From a virus: a DNA stretch of 64,000 nt. Numbering within the stretch: the stretch's first letter is position 1; every line of letters begins with the position of its first letter. Made by a program: the position numbers and the translations under genes. Positions 30,124-38,036 of this stretch are shown in pieces. Below the pieces are notes generated by a model that ran no database searches, was not told where the DNA came from, and was given only the letters and a program-made list of their open reading frames with translations. Location: IMG/VR virus record IMGVR_UViG_3300042482_001698, positions 1-64,000 of that record. The stretch is one strand, 5' to 3'.

Positions 30124-31455
30124 ATGGAAAACAATCAAGAAGTCACTGCTCAGGGTGGCAAGATTGGTCATCGTAGCGGAAAAAGCAATCGTGATCCTCT
30201 TCGTCCTGTTAATATTGGAGATTCAAAAATATTTTGGAATGCTTGTCAAGGCGCTCCTTGGGATGTTGATCCCGATGCTAATTATGATGGAGATGCATCA
30301 TACGATAATCATAATACAGGTTTAATTCTTACTCCTAATAGTGCCAACCAATCTGGTGCGGTTTACTGGGATAGACAATATGATCTGACAAAAGATATTT
30401 ATCTCAAAGGAACATTTCTGGCTGGACTTGGAACTGGTGGCAATAATTGTGGAATTTATGTTTGTGGTGTTTATGTTTATTTTAATGACACAGATAATTC
30501 CATATATGTAGAAACAAGTGGATTTACTAGCGATGGTTATGATTCTGGTGATATTCTTGGCGATACCACTTGGCGTACTTTTGAAGTTATTTATGAATAC
30601 AAGAAAAGCGATGTGATATATGTAACAGTTTTAATGAACGGAAAACATATTTGCAGAGTAGATATTGGTGGCGGATACACCACTGAACCAACTGTTGGAG
30701 TATTTGCCAACACAGCAACTTTAACCAATATTCATTATTGCAAGTCTTTTGAAGTAAGAAGCGCAATTCCTTGGTTTTCAATAAATGTACCGAAAATTAC
30801 AAATAAAAATGATAAAATTTTTATTCTCATCAATGACACTTATGTTGATTATGTTGTTGGAGAATCGTTCTTTTCCAATGAACCAAACAATATTATTGCT
30901 TACTTAGATGCTAATACTATAGATTATGAAACATTTACAGATATATCTGAATCTGGATGGGATGATATATTTGTTTTAGGAAAAGCTGGTTATGTTATTA
31001 TTCCCGAACTTGAAACTAGTGACATTCTTCCAGATTTGACTTCAGGTGCTAAAAATAAAATTAACAATTTTGTTTCTTCTGGTGGTAATCTTTTGATGTT
31101 CAGCCCCGGAAATGGAGACTTGGTGCCTTTCTTGAATGATGTGTTTAGTTTTAGCATCACTGATGGTGGAGCTTCTGCGCCAATAAGCCTCACAGTTGAT
31201 GGTTCTGGTCTTTTCCCAAGTGAAAGTGCTACTATTCCAAATCTCAGTGATACTAATTCTTTAGACACTACTAGTTTGCCAGTAAATTCTGTAACAATTT
31301 ACGAGGGAAATGGTGCGGATGAATCTGTAGTAACCATGATTCCATATGGTTCTGGGAAAATATATGTTCTTGGCTGGGATTGGTATGATGCTGCGCCGAT
31401 AGGTCCAGAAGATGGTGGTTGGCTACATTTGCTTGAGTCTATTTTGCAATCTTGA
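30124..31455 (+). CDS. L-type lectin-like protein, paralogue 2, with extra C-terminal alpha/beta domain
   Basis: LTPNSANQSGAVYWDR; C-terminal VIIPELE...FVSSGGNLL...GSGKIYVLGWDW (GATase1-like fold). Confidence 0.6.
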   Translation: MENNQEVTAQGGKIGHRSGKSNRDPLRPVNIGDSKIFWNACQGAPWDVDPDANYDGDASYDNHNTGLILTPNSANQSGAVYWDRQYDLTKDIYLKGTFLAGLGTGGNNCGIYVCGVYVYFNDTDNSIYVETSGFTSDGYDSGDILGDTTWRTFEVIYEYKKSDVIYVTVLMNGKHICRVDIGGGYTTEPTVGVFANTATLTNIHYCKSFEVRSAIPWFSINVPKITNKNDKIFILINDTYVDYVVGESFFSNEPNNIIAYLDANTIDYETFTDISESGWDDIFVLGKAGYVIIPELETSDILPDLTSGAKNKINNFVSSGGNLLMFSPGNGDLVPFLNDVFSFSITDGGASAPISLTVDGSGLFPSESATIPNLSDTNSLDTTSLPVNSVTIYEGNGADESVVTMIPYGSGKIYVLGWDWYDAAPIGPEDGGWLHLLESILQS

Positions 31456-31463
31456 GGAGTTAT

Positions 31464-32309
31464 ATGTTAAATATTGATGTATCAACGGATAAAATTGCAG
31501 ATTTGAAAAAACTATTCAACGATGCTAATGTTTATCATCGAATAGTTGGCACAAGCTCTGATGGTTTGACCACCACTTTGAAATTCAACAAAAAAGTTGA
31601 TTTTGAAAAAGCCAAAGAAATAATTGATGGCAAGGTTGCCATACAAGCAACTTTGAAACGTAGTAGCCCAGTTTCAAAAGTCAGTATTGGTGATACTCCA
31701 ATTGACTGGTGTGCTGATCAGGGAGATCCATCCATTGTTGCTGATGCAACTATATCTGACGATGCTTTTTATGACACTATAAATAATGGTGTTGTATTGA
31801 CAGAAGATATTGATGAGCAGCTTGGATATCTTTATTGGGAAAAAAATTATGATTACAATAAAAATATTTACATAAGGGCTACAACTTATTCTGGCGAAGG
31901 GGATGGCGCAGACAACATTACAATTTTCATGGGGTCAAATAGTGCTGGAGGTGGCGCTAATGGCTCAATATCTGTATACATCGATGAAGATGATGGTGAT
32001 ACTGTTAAGGTTTATAAAAATAACTCTTTAATAGAAGACGCAATCTCAACCAATCAAACACTTGATGATGCGACTTATAGAGTTTGGGAAATTATTTACG
32101 AATATGCTTCTGCAACAGAGCAATATCTTCATGTTTGTATGAATAATGTTAAGATTTTAAGATATAACATGTATCTTTCTGGTGGCGTGTGGATTCCCGG
32201 TGGCAATTATATTGGAATTTATGGTGTCACTGGTACAGATAATAATTTTCATATTTGCAGGTCATTCAAGGTAATGAGTGCAAATCCTTGGCTTGCAATC
32301 AATGGTTGA
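31464..32309 (+). CDS. L-type lectin-like protein, paralogue 3, with N-terminal extension
   Basis: IGDTPI.W...GYLYWEK...GADNITIF...SFKVMSANPWLA. Confidence 0.6.
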   Translation: MLNIDVSTDKIADLKKLFNDANVYHRIVGTSSDGLTTTLKFNKKVDFEKAKEIIDGKVAIQATLKRSSPVSKVSIGDTPIDWCADQGDPSIVADATISDDAFYDTINNGVVLTEDIDEQLGYLYWEKNYDYNKNIYIRATTYSGEGDGADNITIFMGSNSAGGGANGSISVYIDEDDGDTVKVYKNNSLIEDAISTNQTLDDATYRVWEIIYEYASATEQYLHVCMNNVKILRYNMYLSGGVWIPGGNYIGIYGVTGTDNNFHICRSFKVMSANPWLAING

Positions 32310-32311
32310 TG

Positions 32312-32606
32312 TTAATCAATTTTGAATTGTTGTAATCCGCCTTCACAAGGCGGATTTTCTTTTTTGATTCTTTCTTGTGCCATGATACAATAATCAGGAT
32401 TAAGATCTATTCCAATAAAATTTCTTTTAAGTTTATTTGCAACTGCTGACGAACTCTTCTGGAGTCTTCTCTGTTCCGAGTTGATCTTTCTGGCCATAAT
32501 CTCTTAATTGCCAGTAAGGAGGAGATGTTATGCATGTTTGTACACTATTACGCTCGATTTGTTTTAATCCTTCGAGGCAATCTGAATTTATTATTTTTGA
32601 TTCCAT
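32312..32606 (-). pseudogene. Internally deleted DNA (N4-C/N6-A) methyltransferase
   Basis: Minus strand from 32606 reads MESKIINSDCLEGLKQIERNSVQTCITSPPYWQLRDYGQKDQLGTEKTPEEFVSSCK*. It joins out of frame to AVANKLKRNFIGIDLNPDYCIMAQERI. Confidence 0.85.
32334..32366 (+). terminator. Intrinsic terminator of the lectin cluster
   Basis: AATCCGCCTT-cac-AAGGCGGATT followed by a T-rich run. Confidence 0.7.
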
Positions 32607-32684
32607 AAAATATTGAAGTTAGATTTCTAAATATTTCAGAGCATTCGTGCTTCGACACGCTGATGACAACCAGTCTTAGGATTA

Positions 32685-33161
32685 TTAAATTGTTTGTACT
32701 TCGGTGCTAAACAAGCTGGTCGAGGCGGTCTTTTCTTGATAGTTTCCAAGAATTGGTAATGTTAGATTTTTATTGTCATTTAGACTCCAAACAACATTCA
32801 TCAAATTAGATTTTTGCAATGCTATTTCGCATTTGTAACATGGTTTTGCCAGTCTGAATTTTCCATGTCTATTTATTTTCATGCTAAGTATTGTTGTCTT
32901 TCTGTTGTAATACTTTTCATCAAGTTTGAGGAGAAGGTCTGCTTCAGCATGAAGGAATGGGTATTTTTTCCAGTGTGCGATATTAAATTTTTGAGCTAAT
33001 TTATATGCTTTCGCTGACATCATGACGGGATTGTTCTTCCCCATTTCCATGATTCTATTTTTTCTTATTGCAAACGCATAGTGAAAACCAGTGCGGCTTT
33101 TGTCCTCTCCCCAATCTTCTAACATGAGGCAAACACATTTATGGAGAGTAGAGGCTTTCAT
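32685..33161 (-). CDS. Zn-dependent cytidine/dCMP deaminase-family protein
   Basis: LHAEAD and KPCYKC are intact. Confidence 0.8.
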   Translation of the reverse strand: MKASTLHKCVCLMLEDWGEDKSRTGFHYAFAIRKNRIMEMGKNNPVMMSAKAYKLAQKFNIAHWKKYPFLHAEADLLLKLDEKYYNRKTTILSMKINRHGKFRLAKPCYKCEIALQKSNLMNVVWSLNDNKNLTLPILGNYQEKTASTSLFSTEVQTI

Positions 33162-33183
33162 GAAAAATTATAACCACATTCAA

Positions 33184-33212
33184 TTGACATGGCCAACACT
33201 TCTTTGTAAAAT
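33184..33212 (+). promoter_or_regulatory. Sigma70 promoter for tRNA-Arg
   Basis: TTGACA-17 nt-TAAAAT ending 10 nt before the tRNA. Confidence 0.75.
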
Positions 33213-33222
33213 TGAATGTATT

Positions 33223-33303
33223 GCCGCTGACCCAGAAATGGAACTGGATTGCTCTTCTAAAGCAACGGCGAAAGCCATGTGGGTTCGACTCCCGCCAGCG
33301 GTA
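33223..33303 (+). tRNA. tRNA-Arg(UCU) with long variable arm, no encoded CCA
   Basis: Acceptor GCCGCTG/CAGCGGT, D-arm CCAG-AAATGGAA-CTGG, anticodon arm TTGCT-CTTCTAA-AGCAA, V-arm GGC-GAAA-GCC, T-arm GTGGG-TTCGACT-CCCGC. Confidence 0.85.
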
Positions 33304-34092
33304 TTATTTTAGATCATAAAATTTAACCCATTTTCTTATGGAACTATCAGTAACTCCAAACATTATTCCCAATTGTGAAAAATTGTGTTTTTCTAAAAGT
33401 TTTTTTAATTCATCTCTTGTTGGACGATCAACTTTTCTTTTACTTGCAGCAGCACATTGAACAGAGCAATGTTTCGTGTTGTAGACATCAGTTTGACAAT
33501 TTGGACATTTTCCTGTTGGTTTCAAAGTATTAGTTAACAATGGGTTGGCTTCTCTTGTCTGTATCAATGATGCATCTGGATTGTGTGTTTCTCGATGACA
33601 ATTGGCACAAAGAAGAACACATTTTTTAAGTTCTTCAATAGTTTTATTCCACTTCATTTCTCTTGCTTTTACCCATGTCATTTCTTTAACTGATGGATCT
33701 AAATGGTGAAATTCCATTGCCGCATAGTTTTTGCAATATCCACAAATAACACACTTTCCTCCCATTAATTTTATTGCTTCCATTTTACGATCTAACCATC
33801 TATTTTTTTGTATTTCATACAAACAAACCTTGCAATAAGAATAATATTTTCTTTTTCCCTTTATCTTGTGAAAATAATTGACACATTTATATTCATTACA
33901 TTTAATACATTTTCTTTTTATTTCATTATTTTCTATTATTTGCTTTGCTTTTCCTGTTTCTAATTTTTTGGTATTGTGTTCCCCATATGGCGAGCAATCA
34001 AGACAATAACTTCTGTTGCCGAGATTTTTTTCTTTACCATCTATTTTGATGCGATTGGGGAAATTAGCTTGACACTTCTTGCATGTTGGCAT
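33304..34092 (-). CDS. Free-standing HNH (homing-type) endonuclease with Zn ribbons and C-terminal HTH
   Basis: CVICGY...EFHHLDP...CVLLCANCHRETH, several CxxC, FSQLGIMFGVTDSSIRKW. Confidence 0.85.
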   Translation of the reverse strand: MPTCKKCQANFPNRIKIDGKEKNLGNRSYCLDCSPYGEHNTKKLETGKAKQIIENNEIKRKCIKCNEYKCVNYFHKIKGKRKYYSYCKVCLYEIQKNRWLDRKMEAIKLMGGKCVICGYCKNYAAMEFHHLDPSVKEMTWVKAREMKWNKTIEELKKCVLLCANCHRETHNPDASLIQTREANPLLTNTLKPTGKCPNCQTDVYNTKHCSVQCAAASKRKVDRPTRDELKKLLEKHNFSQLGIMFGVTDSSIRKWVKFYDLK

Positions 34093-34251
34093 GATAATCC
34101 TGTATCTTAATTGTTTTGTTACAATTATATATCCAACTGAGAAACAATTAGTAAAAATTAAAAATTATTTCTGCTTTTCTTGCCTTGCATTAACGATTCA
34201 AAAGTTTTAGAATCAAATTGATTTGAATTACCAACCCATTTTGGTGGCACG

Positions 34252-34503
34252 ATGAAAAAAGACATGGATGAAGACGATAAGATTGAAAAGATTCTTACTC
34301 CAGCAGGATCTTTTGTAATTGGCATTACTGCTGTTTTTTGCATGGCCTGTATTATGGCTTTCCCTTTTCAATATGCTTGGAATAATATTTGTGTTGAAGT
34401 TTTGACTTGTTGCAAGGAAATAAATTATTGGCAAAGCACAGGTATGATTTTTTTGATTTTCTTTACAGGAAGAATATTTAATTTCCCAATAGCTAAAGAT
34501 TAA
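34252..34503 (+). CDS. Small membrane protein
   Basis: Two hydrophobic segments; WN...INYWQ pattern. Confidence 0.65.
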   Translation: MKKDMDEDDKIEKILTPAGSFVIGITAVFCMACIMAFPFQYAWNNICVEVLTCCKEINYWQSTGMIFLIFFTGRIFNFPIAKD

Positions 34504-34563
34504 CTTCTTGAATATGCAACGATTTTGCTTTGAATTATATATTATGTGTTTATATATAAGTTC

Positions 34564-34980
34564 ATGGAAAGACTATGTTCTTTTGATGAATTTGTTTTGC
34601 TTAAAGAAGGTAATAGCCGCACGGCATTGAAGTCTTTGCTTTACCCACTTTCTTATGGTGGGCTGGGTAATTATCCTCCTGCTCACTATCTTCCTCAAGC
34701 TGCTGATGCCATTCTATATGTATCGCAGGATGAGAGATTATGGTGTAATGGAGATGGAGCTCCTTGGGACATCACACATCTACCCGGACATAAGCAATAT
34801 GGCGATAAAATAAATAATGGTGAAGGTGAGCCGTGGAACATAAATGTTCTTCCCGGCAAATCTAAAAAACCATTAGATCATAATGTTCTCGGTAAAGAAG
34901 TGCCATATAAGGGATTTTTAAGGCTTGTGACTAAGATCAAATGTATAAGTCCTGAGTATTCAAACCTGCCACCTATTTGA
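34564..34980 (+). CDS. Hypothetical protein, CTS-like N-terminus
   Basis: MERLCSFDEFVLLKE/G; internal NG(D/E)G.PW.I..LPG repeat. Confidence 0.7.
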   Translation: MERLCSFDEFVLLKEGNSRTALKSLLYPLSYGGLGNYPPAHYLPQAADAILYVSQDERLWCNGDGAPWDITHLPGHKQYGDKINNGEGEPWNINVLPGKSKKPLDHNVLGKEVPYKGFLRLVTKIKCISPEYSNLPPI

Positions 34981-35025
34981 CTTTAATTTTTAATTCCTTA
35001 ATAATTGAATTAAGGGGAAAACATT

Positions 35026-35253
35026 ATGAATGATAAACATATTCGCACCATTGCCGCATTTGAACAAGTTGGAGCATTTCTCAATATCTTTGCCAATTTT
35101 CTTTATTCTTATCATAAGGATTTGGTAAACGCTGGTTTTCAGCGTGATGAGGCTTTGAAGCTTGTTCGAGAGCTTCAAGCGACTATTTTCAAGGAATCTT
35201 TCAACAGCAGCACATCGTCTGAGAATAATGATCTTGAAAATGATGAAGAATAG
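35026..35253 (+). CDS. Hypothetical protein
   Basis: 75-aa ORF with RBS; LVNAGFQRDEALKL. Confidence 0.7.
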   Translation: MNDKHIRTIAAFEQVGAFLNIFANFLYSYHKDLVNAGFQRDEALKLVRELQATIFKESFNSSTSSENNDLENDEE

Positions 35254-35334
35254 TGTTTTTGGGAAAAATATTTCTGTAGGCATCAAACATATAAAAATAG
35301 TTCGCCTTCAATGTCTTAGATAGATTAAGCGGAG

Positions 35335-35928
35335 GTGCTTGTGTTGGCCGAGAGAAAAGTTCTTGTCCTTAACAAATCATGGCGTGCTATTGCGATTATT
35401 ACTCTTGAGAAGGCCCTTAGCAAGGTTTTTTCGACATATGATGATGGAACACCAAAAGCAAAAATTATTGATCCTAGCAATGATTTTATGATGTTTGAAT
35501 GGCATGAGTGGTCACAGATCATGCCAGATGATGACGAGTTAAAAATTAGGACTGTAAGTGCGTCCTATAAGGTTCCAGAGGTTATATTATACACAAAATA
35601 TGATAAAGTTCCATGTACTAAGGCGCAGTTTAACAGAAGAAGTATTTATCGAAGAGACAATAGTACTTGCCAATATTGTGGCGAGAAAAAAAAGAACGAT
35701 GAATTATCCTTGGATCATATTGTCCCTCGTTGTCAGGGCGGCAAAACTAATTGGGAAAACATTGTTGTTGCTTGTGTTGACTGTAATTCCCAAAAAGCTG
35801 GCAGAACGCCAAAGCAAGCTGGTATGAAGCTTCTTTGCGAACCCAAAAAACCTTTGTCTAACTTGCATTTGGATGAATCAAGGGCTGAATCTTGGGTTCA
35901 TTTTCTTGTTGCAGAAGATGTTGCTTGA
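35335..35928 (+). CDS. HNH endonuclease (McrA/HNH_5-like)
   Basis: VLVLNKSW...IYRRDNSTCQYCG...LDHIVPRCQGG..NWENIVVACVDCNSQK. Confidence 0.9.
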   Translation: MLVLAERKVLVLNKSWRAIAIITLEKALSKVFSTYDDGTPKAKIIDPSNDFMMFEWHEWSQIMPDDDELKIRTVSASYKVPEVILYTKYDKVPCTKAQFNRRSIYRRDNSTCQYCGEKKKNDELSLDHIVPRCQGGKTNWENIVVACVDCNSQKAGRTPKQAGMKLLCEPKKPLSNLHLDESRAESWVHFLVAEDVA

Positions 35929-35982
35929 TTAAATTCTTATTTTGACTACAATTGATTTGTTCGTTAATTTTTATTTTTTTTC

Positions 35983-36011
35983 AAAGAAATTCGTCCTCTG
36001 TTGACGGACGG
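35983..36011 (+). repeat. Dispersed element, copy A
   Basis: AAAGAAATTCGTCCTCTGTTGACGGACGG. Confidence 0.8.
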
Positions 36012-36026
36012 GAAAGCAGTTTTTAT

Positions 36027-36275
36027 ATGTGGTTGAAATTGTCGAATCAATGGGTTAACATGTCTCATATTGTGCGAGTTGAATTTAAGGTTGAAGGCAA
36101 CACTAAGGTAGCCACCTTTTATTCTACAAAAACAGGTGGTCAGGATCGAACATTTGTACAAGGTCCAGACGCAGATCTTGTAGAAAAATGGCTTAATGAT
36201 CAGATTGTGCCTCCTGTAGAAATCAAGGCTGTCAAGACCAAGACCAAGGGGTTTTTTAGTTCTGTCAAAAAGTGA
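36027..36275 (+). CDS. Hypothetical protein
   Basis: MWLKLSNQWVNMSHIVRVEF; starts just after the element. Confidence 0.7.
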   Translation: MWLKLSNQWVNMSHIVRVEFKVEGNTKVATFYSTKTGGQDRTFVQGPDADLVEKWLNDQIVPPVEIKAVKTKTKGFFSSVKK

Positions 36276-36355
36276 TTGGATTTTTGTGTTTTTCGTCTAT
36301 GATTGCTAGGTGAATATGTCTCACGTTGACAGATAGGAAGGAAGGAGATTGTGAT

Positions 36356-36817
36356 ATGGCATTTCAGCCTATTGAAGAAAAGATTGCTGAAAGACGATTA
36401 ATTACAGACTTTGCAGAAAAAATCAAAGCTAAGGTAGTTAAATTACAAGAAGATGACGATGATGGTGAAACAGATGGTTTTATTGAATATGAAGGTAAGC
36501 CAAAAAGAGTTGAAGCAAGGCGGAAAGGATATCCTAACCATAGAGGAAGGACTTTCTTTTTTAGTAAAGGTTGGGAAACTAATTTTTTAATTAATGATGG
36601 TGGAATATTTCTTAATGAATTGACTATAAGAAAAAGCAAAGATAAGGGTTTTATTTTTGTGGTTGATATTATGGGAGATAAAAGGGCTGCTGTTATAAAT
36701 TCATCAAGGGTCGATGAATTGTTGAAACAGCCTCGTAGGGAAATGAAAAGCACAAATAGTGGGGTAATGCAATCTGTGAAAACAGTGCCATTAGCTTGGT
36801 TCAAGCTTAAATTTTAG
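36356..36817 (+). CDS. Putative PD-(D/E)xK nuclease (restriction-like)
   Basis: TDGFI...VEARRK; lies upstream of a DNA methylase. Confidence 0.5.
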   Translation: MAFQPIEEKIAERRLITDFAEKIKAKVVKLQEDDDDGETDGFIEYEGKPKRVEARRKGYPNHRGRTFFFSKGWETNFLINDGGIFLNELTIRKSKDKGFIFVVDIMGDKRAAVINSSRVDELLKQPRREMKSTNSGVMQSVKTVPLAWFKLKF

Positions 36818-36844
36818 ACTGTTTCAAATGCATATTGAGGTTTC

Positions 36845-37540
36845 ATGATGTTGCATCCGTTTTTTTCATACTTTGGCTCAAAATATAGAATGGCAAAACA
36901 TTATCCAAAGCCATTATATGATATTGTCATTGAGCCATTTGCTGGCGCTGCTGGATATTCTTTATTATACCCAGAAAAAAAAATAATCTTATATGATAAT
37001 TACGAACCAATAGTTGAGCTATGGGACTATTTAATTAAAGTAAAAAAGGAGGAAATACTAAGTCTTCCTCTTGACAATAATGGTCACCAGTTTTCTAAAG
37101 AGTATCCCGTTTCTGATTGCAATATTGCAGCAGAAGCCAAGCTCTTAATTGGCTTTTGGCTAACAGAATCTCAAACTTCTTCTTCTCGTTATCCTTTGTC
37201 AAAGTCAAGAGGCGGTAATTGGACGGAACGCAAAAGAAATATGATTGCAAATCAAGTTAATTGCATAAAACACTGGGAAGTAAAAAATAAGTCTTATGAT
37301 GAAATAGATTTCAACCAAAAATGCACTTGGTTTATTGATCCTCCATATTCACAGGCTGGTAAACGATACAGAAACAATAACATAAATTATGAACAACTTG
37401 CTTCGTGGTGCAAAGAAAGACATGGACAAACAATTGTGTGTGAACAAAGTGGAGCCAACTGGTTGGAGTTTTCTACTTTTCAAAAAACTTCTAATGCCAG
37501 TAACAAAAAATATGAAGAAGTCATATGGACCAATTTGTGA
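36845..37540 (+). CDS. DNA adenine methyltransferase (Dam/D12-like)
   Basis: FSYFGSK, EPFAGAAGYS, FIDPPY. Confidence 0.85.
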   Translation: MMLHPFFSYFGSKYRMAKHYPKPLYDIVIEPFAGAAGYSLLYPEKKIILYDNYEPIVELWDYLIKVKKEEILSLPLDNNGHQFSKEYPVSDCNIAAEAKLLIGFWLTESQTSSSRYPLSKSRGGNWTERKRNMIANQVNCIKHWEVKNKSYDEIDFNQKCTWFIDPPYSQAGKRYRNNNINYEQLASWCKERHGQTIVCEQSGANWLEFSTFQKTSNASNKKYEEVIWTNL

Positions 37541-37594
37541 GAATCATAGTCAAATTAAATTCTGTTAAAAATTTATTTGATTCTTGAAAAAAAT

Positions 37595-37611
37595 TTTCCT
37601 CCGTTGACGGG
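37595..37611 (+). repeat. Dispersed element, copy B (partial)
   Basis: TTTCCTCCGTTGACGGG upstream of tRNA-Ile. Confidence 0.6.
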
Positions 37612-37657
37612 ATTGTTCTTGTATTTTTTTTTATTATGTGTATTATTAAATTGTTAA

Positions 37658-37979
37658 GGGCCTCTAGCTCAACTGGTTAGAGCAAACGACTTAGAAAGGA
37701 AGGCAACCTAAACAAGTTAAATCTTGCATGGTTGACTTCTATAGGGTTGCTAATTGTTTTCATATAATTATGTGGAAGCTATTAGTAGAATCTGTCAAAT
37801 TCGGTGAACCCTGTAAAATGGGAATACCGAGCCAAGCCTGAGAAATCGGGAAGGTGTAGAGACTAGACGGCAGACCCGAAAGGGAAGGTATAGTCCAGAC
37901 CACAAACCCGAAAGGGGCAACGAAAGTTGTAGTGGTAAGCATAATCGTTCGGTTCTGAGTTCAAGTCTCAGGAGGCCCA
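37658..37979 (+). tRNA. tRNA(CAU), most likely Ile2; exons 37658-37691 and 37940-37979
   Basis: Spliced sequence GGGCCTC TA GCTC AACTGGTTA GAGC A AACGA CT^CATAA TCGTT CGGTT CTGAG TTCAAGT CTCAG GAGGCCC A. G1-C72 is paired and there is no GGG/CCC anticodon stem, so it is not the initiator tRNA. Confidence 0.9.
37692..37939 (+). mobile_element. Group I self-splicing intron (IC3-like), 248 nt, no ORF
   Basis: 5' exon ends in U and the intron ends in G. P AAATTCGGTGAA, Q AATACCGAG, R GTAGAGACTAGACGG, S AAGGTATAGTCC. IGS GGTTG (~37745) pairs with exon CGACT. Confidence 0.92.
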
Positions 37980-37991
37980 TTTCAGAATTTT

Positions 37992-38008
37992 GTCCGTCAA
38001 CAGAGGAC
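37992..38008 (-). repeat. Dispersed element, copy C (inverted)
   Basis: GTCCGTCAACAGAGGAC is the exact reverse complement of 35993-36009. Confidence 0.85.
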
Positions 38009-38036
38009 AAACTGAAAGGATTAAGGAAGGACAAGA

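Noticed and set aside
33023-33038. 16-bp exact match TGACGGGATTGTTCTT also at 37605-37620
   Set aside because: A single short match inside a coding region; plausible by chance and with no supporting structure.
33223-33303. tRNA read as an amber suppressor (CUA) implying stop-codon recoding
   Set aside because: The 5-bp stem TTGCT/AGCAA fixes the loop as CTTCTAA with anticodon TCT. Genes such as clpX end properly at TAG, and ORFs are not fragmented in code 11.
37760-38034. Minus-strand ORFs 37760-37942 and 37795-38034 as intron-encoded proteins
   Set aside because: They are antisense to the structured intron and tRNA and have no endonuclease motifs.
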